Virus record (IMG/VR): IMGVR_UViG_2897375277_000010
Source: a virus
Lineage: Duplodnaviria; Heunggongvirae; Uroviricota; Caudoviricetes
Strand: one strand, 5' to 3'
DNA length: 32,278 nucleotides
The notes under the pieces were generated by a model. That model was given only the letters and a program-made list of their open reading frames with translations, was not told the DNA's origin and ran no database searches. Positions 17,643 through 25,425 of the stretch are shown here, one piece after another. Within the stretch, counting starts at the first letter, position 1, and each line of letters begins with the position of its first letter. The position numbers and the translations under genes were made by a program.

Positions 17643-18716
17643 TTACGCTCCCGGCTCTGCGGTCGCCTTAGCCGGTGTGGAGAAATCACCGACCTTAATT
17701 TTTTCCACCAGACAACCGGCGGCGTAGTCCTCCACCACGTAATCAATGTTCATTGACTCGTAGTTCTCCACGCGGTCGAGTTTCGGGTTTTCCACAATCA
17801 CGCGGCGATGGCTGTCATCCATGTAGTAGATGGACAGGTTTTCCAGCTTCGTGATGAGCATCGCATCCGCCGGGAAGTACGGGACGCGTACCGCCGGCAG
17901 GTTACCGATACGTTTCTGACTGATGATGACGTCAGCGGCCAGCATTTCGCTGTTGTCCTGCTCCTTGTTGACGATGGGGAAATACTTGTCCGCCAGTAGC
18001 TGACGTCCCACAATCACCACAAGGTCAGGGTCTTCCTGATACCACGGTTCAATCAGGTTATTGGTCGCATCCATCACCAGTGCATCAAGGCTGGCATAAT
18101 CACCGCCCTTACCCACGCGGATAACCTCAGAGGTGGTACGGCCTTCCTCGTCAGTGACCTTGCTCATCACGCGCGCCGGGGCTTCATTGCGGTATTTCTG
18201 CAGCCAGCCGACCGCCACATCCTGCAGCATCGGATTGCTGCTGCGGTCAGAGGTTTCGGCACGCTTCACGCCGTTAAAACCGGCCATGATGAAATCAAGG
18301 GACTGGCGTTTGATAATGGCGTTACGGACACGGAGCTGGAAATCCTGATAACGCGCCCACAGGTCAAGCGTTTTGTAGCGGATATAAAAATCGAAGTTAA
18401 TCTGGTCGCATTCGTACTTACTGGACGCCAGCTTCGAGAAGTCCTTCGGCTGACGCTCGGTGCCACCGGCGGTGTCGGTGGTGCTGGCGATGGAGCCGGT
18501 GACACCGATACCAATTTTTTCCCCTTTCATTTCGCTGACCGGCACAATGTTGATGCGGGTCAGGAAATCAGAGGACTCCTGCATGGTGTTCATCAGGGTC
18601 TGGGTGACCGACGGTTCAACGGTGAATTTTTTCGACACATCACCGGCGTCGATGCCGTTCAGTTCGGCAACACGGGACAGGTAGGTATTAAATTTAAAGC
18701 GGGTTTCCTGGCGCAT
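17643..18716 (-). CDS. N: Major capsid protein N, 357 aa
   Basis: 357-aa ORF; P2 gpN length and synteny O-N-M. Confidence 0.9.
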   Translation of the reverse strand: MRQETRFKFNTYLSRVAELNGIDAGDVSKKFTVEPSVTQTLMNTMQESSDFLTRINIVPVSEMKGEKIGIGVTGSIASTTDTAGGTERQPKDFSKLASSKYECDQINFDFYIRYKTLDLWARYQDFQLRVRNAIIKRQSLDFIMAGFNGVKRAETSDRSSNPMLQDVAVGWLQKYRNEAPARVMSKVTDEEGRTTSEVIRVGKGGDYASLDALVMDATNNLIEPWYQEDPDLVVIVGRQLLADKYFPIVNKEQDNSEMLAADVIISQKRIGNLPAVRVPYFPADAMLITKLENLSIYYMDDSHRRVIVENPKLDRVENYESMNIDYVVEDYAAGCLVEKIKVGDFSTPAKATAEPGA

Positions 18717-18774
18717 AGGTTTTCCTGAAATTAAGGGTTAATCGTGAAGGTTTTCCCGGACTGACTGACGACGG

Positions 18775-19629
18775 TCAGCAGTTCGTCATCAGGGCATCAC
18801 CGCCACCGCCGGTGGCCTTGCTGCGGCGCTGCTGGGTCAGACTTTCGGTGTGGTCGAGACTGTTTTTCAGGCGGGTGAATGCCTGGCTGGTTTCATCCGC
18901 CCTGTCAGTCACCTCCTGCTTAAGTGCGGAAAAGGCGGTTTCCATCTCTGCGAGGCGCTGCTCAGTGGCGCTCAGTTTTTCCTGCACATGTTCAGCAACA
19001 GCGGTCACCGCTTCATGCACGTCATTCAGACGGGCGTCATCGCTGGCCTGTTTGCGGCCAAAAATGGATTTCACCTTTTCGGTCAGGGCGGTGAACACGG
19101 TTTCAGGCAGGTCTTCAAATTCCAGCTCAACGGGCGTTGCCACTGAAATCAGGTTTTCAGGGCTTAATTTGAAGCGGTTCAGGGGGTTGTGTTTTGCCGT
19201 GTGGCAGAATTCCAGGTATTCCGTGCCGAGGCTTGCCGGGTCATCGGTGACGGCCAGACCCACCAGATAACATTTGCCGGTATTGGCAAAGTTCGGCTGA
19301 ATTTCCATTGAGGTGTAGACCTTCTGCGCGGCCTTGTTCATCGCGATAAGGTCATCGGTCGGGGTGATTTTCGCAAACAGCGCCCATTTGCCTTTCAGCG
19401 CCGAATCATCGTCAATCTTTTCGGCCTTCAGTTCGACCACATCGCCATAACGTTTAAAAATACCGTCAGGCAGGATGCCGCGCAGATGTTCCAGGTTAAT
19501 GCGGCAACCATAGACTCGCGGGTCAAAGGTTTCGGCCATTTCCTGAATATCCTGCGCACTGATGACACGCCCGTCACAGGTGTCACCCTCAACGCCGATA
19601 CGAAAGAATTTTGAGACTTTTTTTGCCAT
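18775..19629 (-). CDS. O: Capsid scaffolding protein O, 284 aa
   Basis: ORF track 18775..19695; start chosen at MAKKVSKFFRIGVEG... (ATG 19627-19629) to give the P2 gpO length of 284 aa. Confidence 0.85.
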   Translation of the reverse strand: MAKKVSKFFRIGVEGDTCDGRVISAQDIQEMAETFDPRVYGCRINLEHLRGILPDGIFKRYGDVVELKAEKIDDDSALKGKWALFAKITPTDDLIAMNKAAQKVYTSMEIQPNFANTGKCYLVGLAVTDDPASLGTEYLEFCHTAKHNPLNRFKLSPENLISVATPVELEFEDLPETVFTALTEKVKSIFGRKQASDDARLNDVHEAVTAVAEHVQEKLSATEQRLAEMETAFSALKQEVTDRADETSQAFTRLKNSLDHTESLTQQRRSKATGGGGDALMTNC

Positions 19630-19802
19630 TGTCAGGAGTCCTGAATAGTGATTAGAGGAGTCACATGTCGGCATCAGTTTCCCGACGATGCGCATCCTCC
19701 GCCATCAGTCCCGGATGGCTTATCACTGACACAACAGCACCTTAGCGAATCGCAGGGCGCGACTCAGTAGCCTTGCCGTGTATTCATCACGGCGAGGTAT
19801 TC
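19630..19802. promoter_or_regulatory. Divergent late promoter region between O (minus) and P (plus)
   Basis: 173-bp intergenic gap between divergently oriented O and P, as for the Ogr-dependent P_O/P_P promoters in P2; contains the palindrome GCCGTG-TATTCAT-CACGGC (19773-19791). Assigned by position; no consensus could be verified by eye. Confidence 0.45.
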
Positions 19803-21575
19803 ATGACCATCACCACAGACACCACTCTTTTACACGACCCGCGTCGTCAGGCGGCGCTGCTGTACTGGCAGGGGTTTTCCGTGCCGCAGATTGCCGCCAT
19901 GTTGCAGATGAAACGCCCGACGGTGCAGAGCTGGAAACAGCGCGACGGCTGGGACAGCGTTGCCCCCATCAGCCGTGTCGAAATGAGTCTGGAAGCGCGG
20001 CTGACCCAGCTCATCATCAAACCGCAGAAAACCGGCGGTGACTTCAAGGAAATTGACCTGCTGGGACGCCAGATTGAACGACTGGCACGGGTCAACCGCT
20101 ACAGTCAGACCGGCAACGAGGCAGACCTTAATCCGAACGTCGCTAACCGCAACAAAGGCGGGCGCCGCAAACCGAAAAAGAATTTTTTCAGTGACGAGGC
20201 CATCGAAAAGCTGGAGCAGATTTTCTTTGAGCAGTCTTTCGACTATCAGTTGCACTGGTATCGCGCCGGGCTTGAGCACCGCATCCGCGATATTCTGAAA
20301 TCCCGCCAGATTGGCGCAACGTTTTATTTTTCCCGCGAGGCACTGCTGCGCGCCCTGAAAACCGGTCATAACCAGATTTTTCTGTCGGCCAGTAAAACGC
20401 AGGCGTATGTGTTCCGCGAATACATCATCGCCTTTGCCCGTCTGGTTGACGTTGACCTTACCGGTGACCCGATTGTCCTGGGCAATAACGGCGCAAAACT
20501 GATTTTTCTCGGCACCAACTCCAACACCGCGCAGAGCCATAACGGCGACCTGTACGTCGACGAGATTTTCTGGATCCCGAATTTTCAGGTACTGCGTAAA
20601 GTGGCATCAGGTATGGCCTCACAGAGTCACCTGCGCTCGACCTATTTCTCCACCCCGTCCACGCTGGCGCACGACGCCTACCCGTTCTGGTCGGGTGAAC
20701 TGTTTAACCGGGGACGCGCCAGCGCCGCCGAACGCGTGGAAATCGACGTCAGTCATAACGCCCTTGCCGGTGGGCTTCTCTGTGCGGACGGTCAGTGGCG
20801 GCAGATTGTCACCATTGAGGACGCCCTGAAAGGTGGCTGCACGCTGTTCGACATTGAGCAGCTCAAACGCGAAAACAGCGCCGACGATTTTAAAAACCTG
20901 TTCATGTGTGAATTTGTTGACGACAAGGCGTCGGTGTTCCCGTTCGAGGAGCTGCAACGTTGCATGGTCGACACGCTGGAAGAATGGGAAGACTATGCGC
21001 CGTTTGCCGCCAATCCGTTCGGCTCACGTCCGGTATGGATTGGTTACGACCCGTCACACCGTGGCGACAGCGCCGGATGCGTGGTACTGGCACCGCCGGT
21101 AGTGGCCGGTGGCAAATTCAGAATACTTGAGCGTCACCAGTGGAAAGGCATGGACTTTGCTACCCAGGCAGAATCCATCCGCAAACTCACCGAAAAATAC
21201 AACGTCGAATACATCGGTATTGATGCCACCGGCCTCGGTGTCGGCGTGTTCCAGCTCGTGCGCTCGTTCTATCCCGCCGCGCGCGATATCCGCTACACGC
21301 CGGAAATGAAAACCGCAATGGTGCTCAAGGCAAAAGACGTCATCCGCCGTGGCTGTCTGGAATATGACGTCAGCGCCACCGACATCACCAGCTCGTTTAT
21401 GGCTATCCGCAAGACCATGACCAGCAGCGGACGCAGCGCCACCTATGAGGCCAGCCGCAGCGAGGAAGCCAGCCACGCCGACCTCGCCTGGGCGACCATG
21501 CACGCCCTGTTAAATGAGCCACTCACCGCGGGTATCAGCACTCCGCTGACATCCACCATTCTGGAGTTTTACTGA
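19803..21575 (+). CDS. P: Terminase large (ATPase) subunit P, 590 aa
   Basis: ORF track 19773..21575; ATG at 19803-19805 (MTITTDTTLLHDPRRQ...) gives the P2 gpP length of 590 aa; stop overlaps the Q start. Confidence 0.88.
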   Translation: MTITTDTTLLHDPRRQAALLYWQGFSVPQIAAMLQMKRPTVQSWKQRDGWDSVAPISRVEMSLEARLTQLIIKPQKTGGDFKEIDLLGRQIERLARVNRYSQTGNEADLNPNVANRNKGGRRKPKKNFFSDEAIEKLEQIFFEQSFDYQLHWYRAGLEHRIRDILKSRQIGATFYFSREALLRALKTGHNQIFLSASKTQAYVFREYIIAFARLVDVDLTGDPIVLGNNGAKLIFLGTNSNTAQSHNGDLYVDEIFWIPNFQVLRKVASGMASQSHLRSTYFSTPSTLAHDAYPFWSGELFNRGRASAAERVEIDVSHNALAGGLLCADGQWRQIVTIEDALKGGCTLFDIEQLKRENSADDFKNLFMCEFVDDKASVFPFEELQRCMVDTLEEWEDYAPFAANPFGSRPVWIGYDPSHRGDSAGCVVLAPPVVAGGKFRILERHQWKGMDFATQAESIRKLTEKYNVEYIGIDATGLGVGVFQLVRSFYPAARDIRYTPEMKTAMVLKAKDVIRRGCLEYDVSATDITSSFMAIRKTMTSSGRSATYEASRSEEASHADLAWATMHALLNEPLTAGISTPLTSTILEFY

Positions 21576-22609
21576 TGAGCAAGAAAAAAGGGAAAACACC
21601 GCGACCAGCGGCAAAAAAAATGACCGCCAGCGCCCCGAAAATGGAGGCATTCACCTTTGGCGAGCCGGTGCCGGTTCTCGACCGCCGTGACATTCTGGAT
21701 TACGTCGAGTGCATCAGTAACGGCAGATGGTATGAGCCACCGGTCAGCTTTACCGGTCTGGCAAAAAGCCTGCGTGCTGCCGTGCATCACAGCTCGCCGA
21801 TTTACGTTAAACGCAATATTCTGGCTTCAACGTTTATTCCGCATCCGTGGCTTTCTCAGCAGGATTTCAGCCGCTTTGTGCTGGATTTTCTGGTGTTCGG
21901 TAATGCGTTTCTGGAAAAGCGTTACAGCACCACCGGTAAGGTCATCAGACTGGAAACCTCACCGGCAAAATATACCCGCCGTGGCGTGGAAGAGGATGTT
22001 TACTGGTGGGTGCCGTCCTTCCATGAGCCGACAGCCTTCGCGCCCGGCTCCGTGTTTCACCTGCTGGAGCCGGATATTAATCAGGAGCTGTACGGCCTGC
22101 CGGAATATCTCAGCGCCCTTAACTCTGCCTGGCTGAATGAGTCGGCCACGCTGTTCCGCCGCAAGTATTACGAAAACGGCGCACATGCCGGATACATCAT
22201 GTACGTCACTGATGCCGTGCAGGATCGCAACGATATCGAAATGCTCCGCGAAAACATGGTGAAGTCGAAAGGCCGCAACAACTTTAAAAATCTGTTTCTC
22301 TATGCACCACAGGGGAAAGCCGACGGCATTAAAATTATCCCGCTCAGTGAAGTGGCGACGAAGGACGATTTTTTTAATATCAAAAAAGCCAGCGCCGCTG
22401 ACCTGCTGGACGCACACCGCATCCCCTTTCAGTTGATGGGCGGCAAGCCGGAGAACGTCGGGTCGCTGGGTGATATTGAGAAAGTGGCAAAGGTCTTTGT
22501 CCGCAATGAGCTTATCCCGCTACAGGACAGGATCCGCGAGATAAACGGCTGGCTTGGTCAGGAGGTCATCCGCTTTAAAAACTACTCACTGGACACTGAC
22601 AACGGCTGA
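21575..22609 (+). CDS. Q: Portal protein Q, 344 aa
   Basis: 344-aa ORF downstream of P; P2 gpQ length; followed by a terminator and cos. Confidence 0.88.
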   Translation: MSKKKGKTPRPAAKKMTASAPKMEAFTFGEPVPVLDRRDILDYVECISNGRWYEPPVSFTGLAKSLRAAVHHSSPIYVKRNILASTFIPHPWLSQQDFSRFVLDFLVFGNAFLEKRYSTTGKVIRLETSPAKYTRRGVEEDVYWWVPSFHEPTAFAPGSVFHLLEPDINQELYGLPEYLSALNSAWLNESATLFRRKYYENGAHAGYIMYVTDAVQDRNDIEMLRENMVKSKGRNNFKNLFLYAPQGKADGIKIIPLSEVATKDDFFNIKKASAADLLDAHRIPFQLMGGKPENVGSLGDIEKVAKVFVRNELIPLQDRIREINGWLGQEVIRFKNYSLDTDNG

Positions 22610-22613
22610 ACAT

Positions 22614-22636
22614 CGCCGCCTGCGGGCGGCTTTTTT
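22614..22636 (+). terminator. Rho-independent terminator of the P-Q operon
   Basis: GC stem GCCGCC/GGCGGC (22615-22620 and 22625-22630) with loop TGCG, followed by TTTTTT (22631-22636), 5 nt after the Q stop. Confidence 0.8.
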
Positions 22637-22778
22637 ATATCCCGTCATCACGACCTCACACGCTCACCACCGCACAAAACACCCCGCAGACACACCAATG
22701 CCCCGGCGCACAATCTAAACGCCGTCACGACGCGCTCAGACGCTGAAAAAATAAAATCAGCACCACCGCCAGCGCGCG

Positions 22779-22797
22779 GTGCTTTCCCCGCCTCGCC
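22779..22797. other. cos: cos site (19-nt cohesive-end sequence)
   Basis: Plus strand GTGCTTTCCCCGCCTCGCC is the reverse complement of GGCGAGGCGGGGAAAGCAC, recalled from memory as the P2 cohesive end; located about 170 bp downstream of Q, as in P2. Confidence 0.75.
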
Positions 22798-22938
22798 CGC
22801 CCGCTTCATGGGTCGGTTTTAATGCAGTTGCATGACCACTCTAGGTTTCCGCCAGGTCTGCTTACTCTTAGCTATAACAAGGAAACCTAGTGCATGCAAA
22901 ATCATGCATGAACTTGACGCATGATTTTAGTGATGGAA

Positions 22939-23478
22939 TCAATCATCATGATGAGAGAACCTAGCATTTACTATTCTTGAGTGAAGATTGTTTGCAAATG
23001 ATAAGTTGCTTAAAATAACACTAAACACACACTTTATTTGTAACCAGCACATAAAATAAACAAAGGTGATTCCAATCATTCTAATAAGATCAGAATACAC
23101 CACTGAACTCGATAGCACAGAGCCTATTGATTTAAACAGATAAACAAACAAGATCGAAAGCATTACTACTGCTGAAGTAATTACAACGTAAATTAGCTTT
23201 TCAATTCGAGGTGCATCTTTCGTATTCTTTATGTAATCAACATCATCATTGACAATGCTTGCAATTGCATTCGGATATAAAAAACCAATCCATAATCCAA
23301 CTATGGTAAAAATTGCAGCAGATATGTTTTGCAAAACACCCAGTATATCTTTTATATCACTATAGTTAACATGAGCTTTCAGCCAATAGGAGGCCGCAGC
23401 AATTAGAAACAGAATTAACAAATTCCATTTCCATTGTATTATCAATGCCTTTAAATCCTTACTTGTTTGAGGTGACAT
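22939..23478 (-). CDS. Predicted four-helix integral membrane protein, 179 aa; candidate effector of a two-gene cargo operon
   Basis: ATG at 23476-23478 immediately follows the TAA of the upstream gene (TAAATG); four hydrophobic segments of about 20 aa each; strongly AT-rich. Confidence 0.75.
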   Translation of the reverse strand: MSPQTSKDLKALIIQWKWNLLILFLIAAASYWLKAHVNYSDIKDILGVLQNISAAIFTIVGLWIGFLYPNAIASIVNDDVDYIKNTKDAPRIEKLIYVVITSAVVMLSILFVYLFKSIGSVLSSSVVYSDLIRMIGITFVYFMCWLQIKCVFSVILSNLSFANNLHSRIVNARFSHHDD

Positions 23479-24489
23479 TTATGCCTCCGCCGTTTTTAAA
23501 GATTTTTCTTCCACCTCTTCATTATAAAGGATTGTTTGGAGTAAATCATCACGAACAGCCTTTATTTCATGAAGGAGTTTTTCTGGAGAGAAATGCTCAT
23601 CCCCGGTAGAATCGCTGACAATTAATGCAGTTCTCGCCATATATTTTTTTAACCATAATGGGCGAGATGAATCTTTAAGAACAAAGCCAACATCAACCCA
23701 GTCAACATCATCTACATTTCTATCCAATAGTTGTTTTATTTCCTCTTCCGAAGGAGCGCCATCTACTCGAACCTCAATTTTTTTAGGTTTTGTAAACTTG
23801 GTTTGTTCTGTTCCCAAGAAATCCGATAGTACATTACTCACCAGACGTAATAACGGTTGCCGGGTATCCTCAACTTTTGCAACCGTAGTATCACGAATAA
23901 TTGTCTGAACAATTTTATCTCGTACATCAAGAATATTCGTCCCTGGTTTATTAACCTTCGTCACTTCAGCCTTAAATTTAAAAACGCAATTACACTTGCG
24001 TCCATTTTCATCTACATGCTTGAAAATTGTTTTAGAAATAAGAATGTCATCTTCCGAACATGAAGAACGAGCTCTAGTAAATGAGGTAGTATCCTTTTCC
24101 CTACCAAAATCACCGTGATTTACTACAAAATTAAAAATATAATTGCTTAACCTCGGTGTATCTGCACCTGAATGAGGAAATATAATGGATGCAATCTTGT
24201 TATATTCAGGAATTATCCAATAATAACATGGCTCAACCCAAATATAGTCTTTTCCATTCGTTTCTGTCTTTACTGTATCATTTTCTGTAGCACCAACAGG
24301 TGCGTTTTTTTTAACAGCGTGCAAACGTCCCTTCGCGGAACCTAATGCACGATACATTACCATCACCCGATCTTTTGTATCTGGATCGACAGCCACTCCT
24401 CGTGAGTAAGTTCTGGCTCTTAGCGGATGAGTTCCCGTATCCCACGGAATTGACTCCTCAACGCTTTTGTCATCAAGCCAAGCCTGCAA
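23479..24489 (-). CDS. Soluble cargo protein of unknown function, up to 336 aa (292-294 aa if started at the ATGs at 24363 or 24357)
   Basis: Long AT-rich ORF; first in-frame start is a TTG at 24487-24489 with no Shine-Dalgarno sequence, and internal ATGs lie at 24361-24363 and 24355-24357. No motif assignable by eye; tightly coupled to the downstream membrane protein. Confidence 0.7.
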   Translation of the reverse strand: MQAWLDDKSVEESIPWDTGTHPLRARTYSRGVAVDPDTKDRVMVMYRALGSAKGRLHAVKKNAPVGATENDTVKTETNGKDYIWVEPCYYWIIPEYNKIASIIFPHSGADTPRLSNYIFNFVVNHGDFGREKDTTSFTRARSSCSEDDILISKTIFKHVDENGRKCNCVFKFKAEVTKVNKPGTNILDVRDKIVQTIIRDTTVAKVEDTRQPLLRLVSNVLSDFLGTEQTKFTKPKKIEVRVDGAPSEEEIKQLLDRNVDDVDWVDVGFVLKDSSRPLWLKKYMARTALIVSDSTGDEHFSPEKLLHEIKAVRDDLLQTILYNEEVEEKSLKTAEA

Positions 24490-24763
24490 CGCGTCAAAGA
24501 TCTCATCAAGTGTTCCGAATTTATGCTCTCATTCTTCTGCGTTTTTCTTCAGTCTGTAAAAACCACAAGCCTTGATATCAAAGAACGTAACGATTCCAGT
24601 TTCCATCACTTTCCCTACGAAGCGGTAAAAAATCCCCAGAACAATAAGGGATCTATGCAAAAGGTTCAATGCTCAAGATTATCACCTAGTATGCTAACGC
24701 CTCCGCAGATGAGTTGTTCACCCCGCCAGCCCTGAAAACAAGTTTCACGACTGGCGGCGTTCT

Positions 24764-24970
24764 CTATCGTCTGCGTGGTGGTGGCGCAACTCTGGACTGA
24801 CCGATATAGTTAAACCGCCCGTAATTATCCCGGACTATTTCGGCACACCCGACTAGCTCATCGGGCGTCAGATTTTCGTTGACCATAATCTGCTGTAGAC
24901 GGTGAACAATGGCCATCAGCTTGATATTTTTAGTTTTATGGTGCGGTATCTCGCCTGGTATTCTGTGCAT
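24764..24970 (-). CDS. Small hypothetical protein, 68 aa, translationally coupled to the upstream ASCH-like gene
   Basis: ORF track 24764..24982 begins at a GTG; the ATG at 24968-24970 overlaps the upstream stop (TAATG); last gene of the early operon before a 274-bp gap. Confidence 0.5.
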   Translation of the reverse strand: MHRIPGEIPHHKTKNIKLMAIVHRLQQIMVNENLTPDELVGCAEIVRDNYGRFNYIGQSRVAPPPRRR

Positions 24971-25425
24971 TATCCAAGCCACCCATTTTGCTTTGCACGC
25001 TCCACCTGTTCATCTGAATAGTTCCATGCTCCATCCGTGGCAACCATTGCCCCGCCAGACATCCCCGTCTCTGGTTCATACATAACAGCAAGGCCGAGCT
25101 GATGCATAATTTCATGATTAATTCTGAATACCAGGCCACGCTCACTAAGTTCTTTCCAGTTCACAATCTTATATGCGCCCGTATTAAGCAGCTCAATACT
25201 TAGCAAGACATAATCTTCCAGCCAGTCTGACAGGTCAGTAACGTCTGTTATCCGGGCTTCAACCTTTCGCCCCGTAAACACACCCTGCACCCATTCATGC
25301 AAAATCAACGTGTCCCCGCGCTCATAATTACGGTCATTTTTCCGAAACTCTGCGCGTTTCTTTCCTTCCAGCACAAGGTCAAAATATTTTGCGTGCAGCT
25401 TTACCTCGTGAATTTTTGCCATCAT
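24970..25425 (-). CDS. ASCH-like (PUA-fold) domain protein, 151 aa, translationally coupled to A
   Basis: ATGATG start at 25420-25425 overlaps the A stop TGA; GGAG upstream; contains GKKRAEFR, which fits the ASCH GxKxxExR signature; the C-terminal part carries an HEIMH (HExxH) motif. Confidence 0.65.
   Translation of the reverse strand: MMAKIHEVKLHAKYFDLVLEGKKRAEFRKNDRNYERGDTLILHEWVQGVFTGRKVEARITDVTDLSDWLEDYVLLSIELLNTGAYKIVNWKELSERGLVFRINHEIMHQLGLAVMYEPETGMSGGAMVATDGAWNYSDEQVERAKQNGWLG

Noticed and set aside
6605-19802. Ogr-dependent late promoter motif (TGT-N12-ACA) upstream of FI, V and O/P
   Set aside because: Scanned the three intergenic regions by eye and found no exact match at the expected spacing; the promoter regions are annotated by position only. 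A position-weight-matrix search would be needed.
13464-21503. Numerous short ORFs overlapping S, R, the lysis genes, K, Y, X, L, M, N, O and P (for example 13464..13682, 13633..13821, 13970..14215, 14390..14659, 14868..15269, 15539..15832, 16191..16601, 16893..17492, 18812..19270, 19830..20540, 21054..21503)
   Set aside because: Each is nested in or antisense to a gene confirmed by P2 synteny and length; none has independent support.
21569-22417. ORFs 21569..21790, 21657..22136 and 21959..22417 overlapping Q
   Set aside because: Out-of-frame or antisense overlap with the portal gene.
23857-24735. Plus-strand ORFs 23857..24063, 24345..24575 and 24523..24735
   Set aside because: The first two are antisense within the 336-aa cargo gene. 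The third lies in the 274-bp gap that most plausibly holds the cargo operon promoter, and has no RBS.
25060-25075. HExxH (HEIMH) motif in the ASCH-like protein as evidence of a metalloprotease domain
   Set aside because: A five-residue motif occurs frequently by chance, and the surrounding region is short for a zincin fold; recorded as a note under the finding rather than a call.
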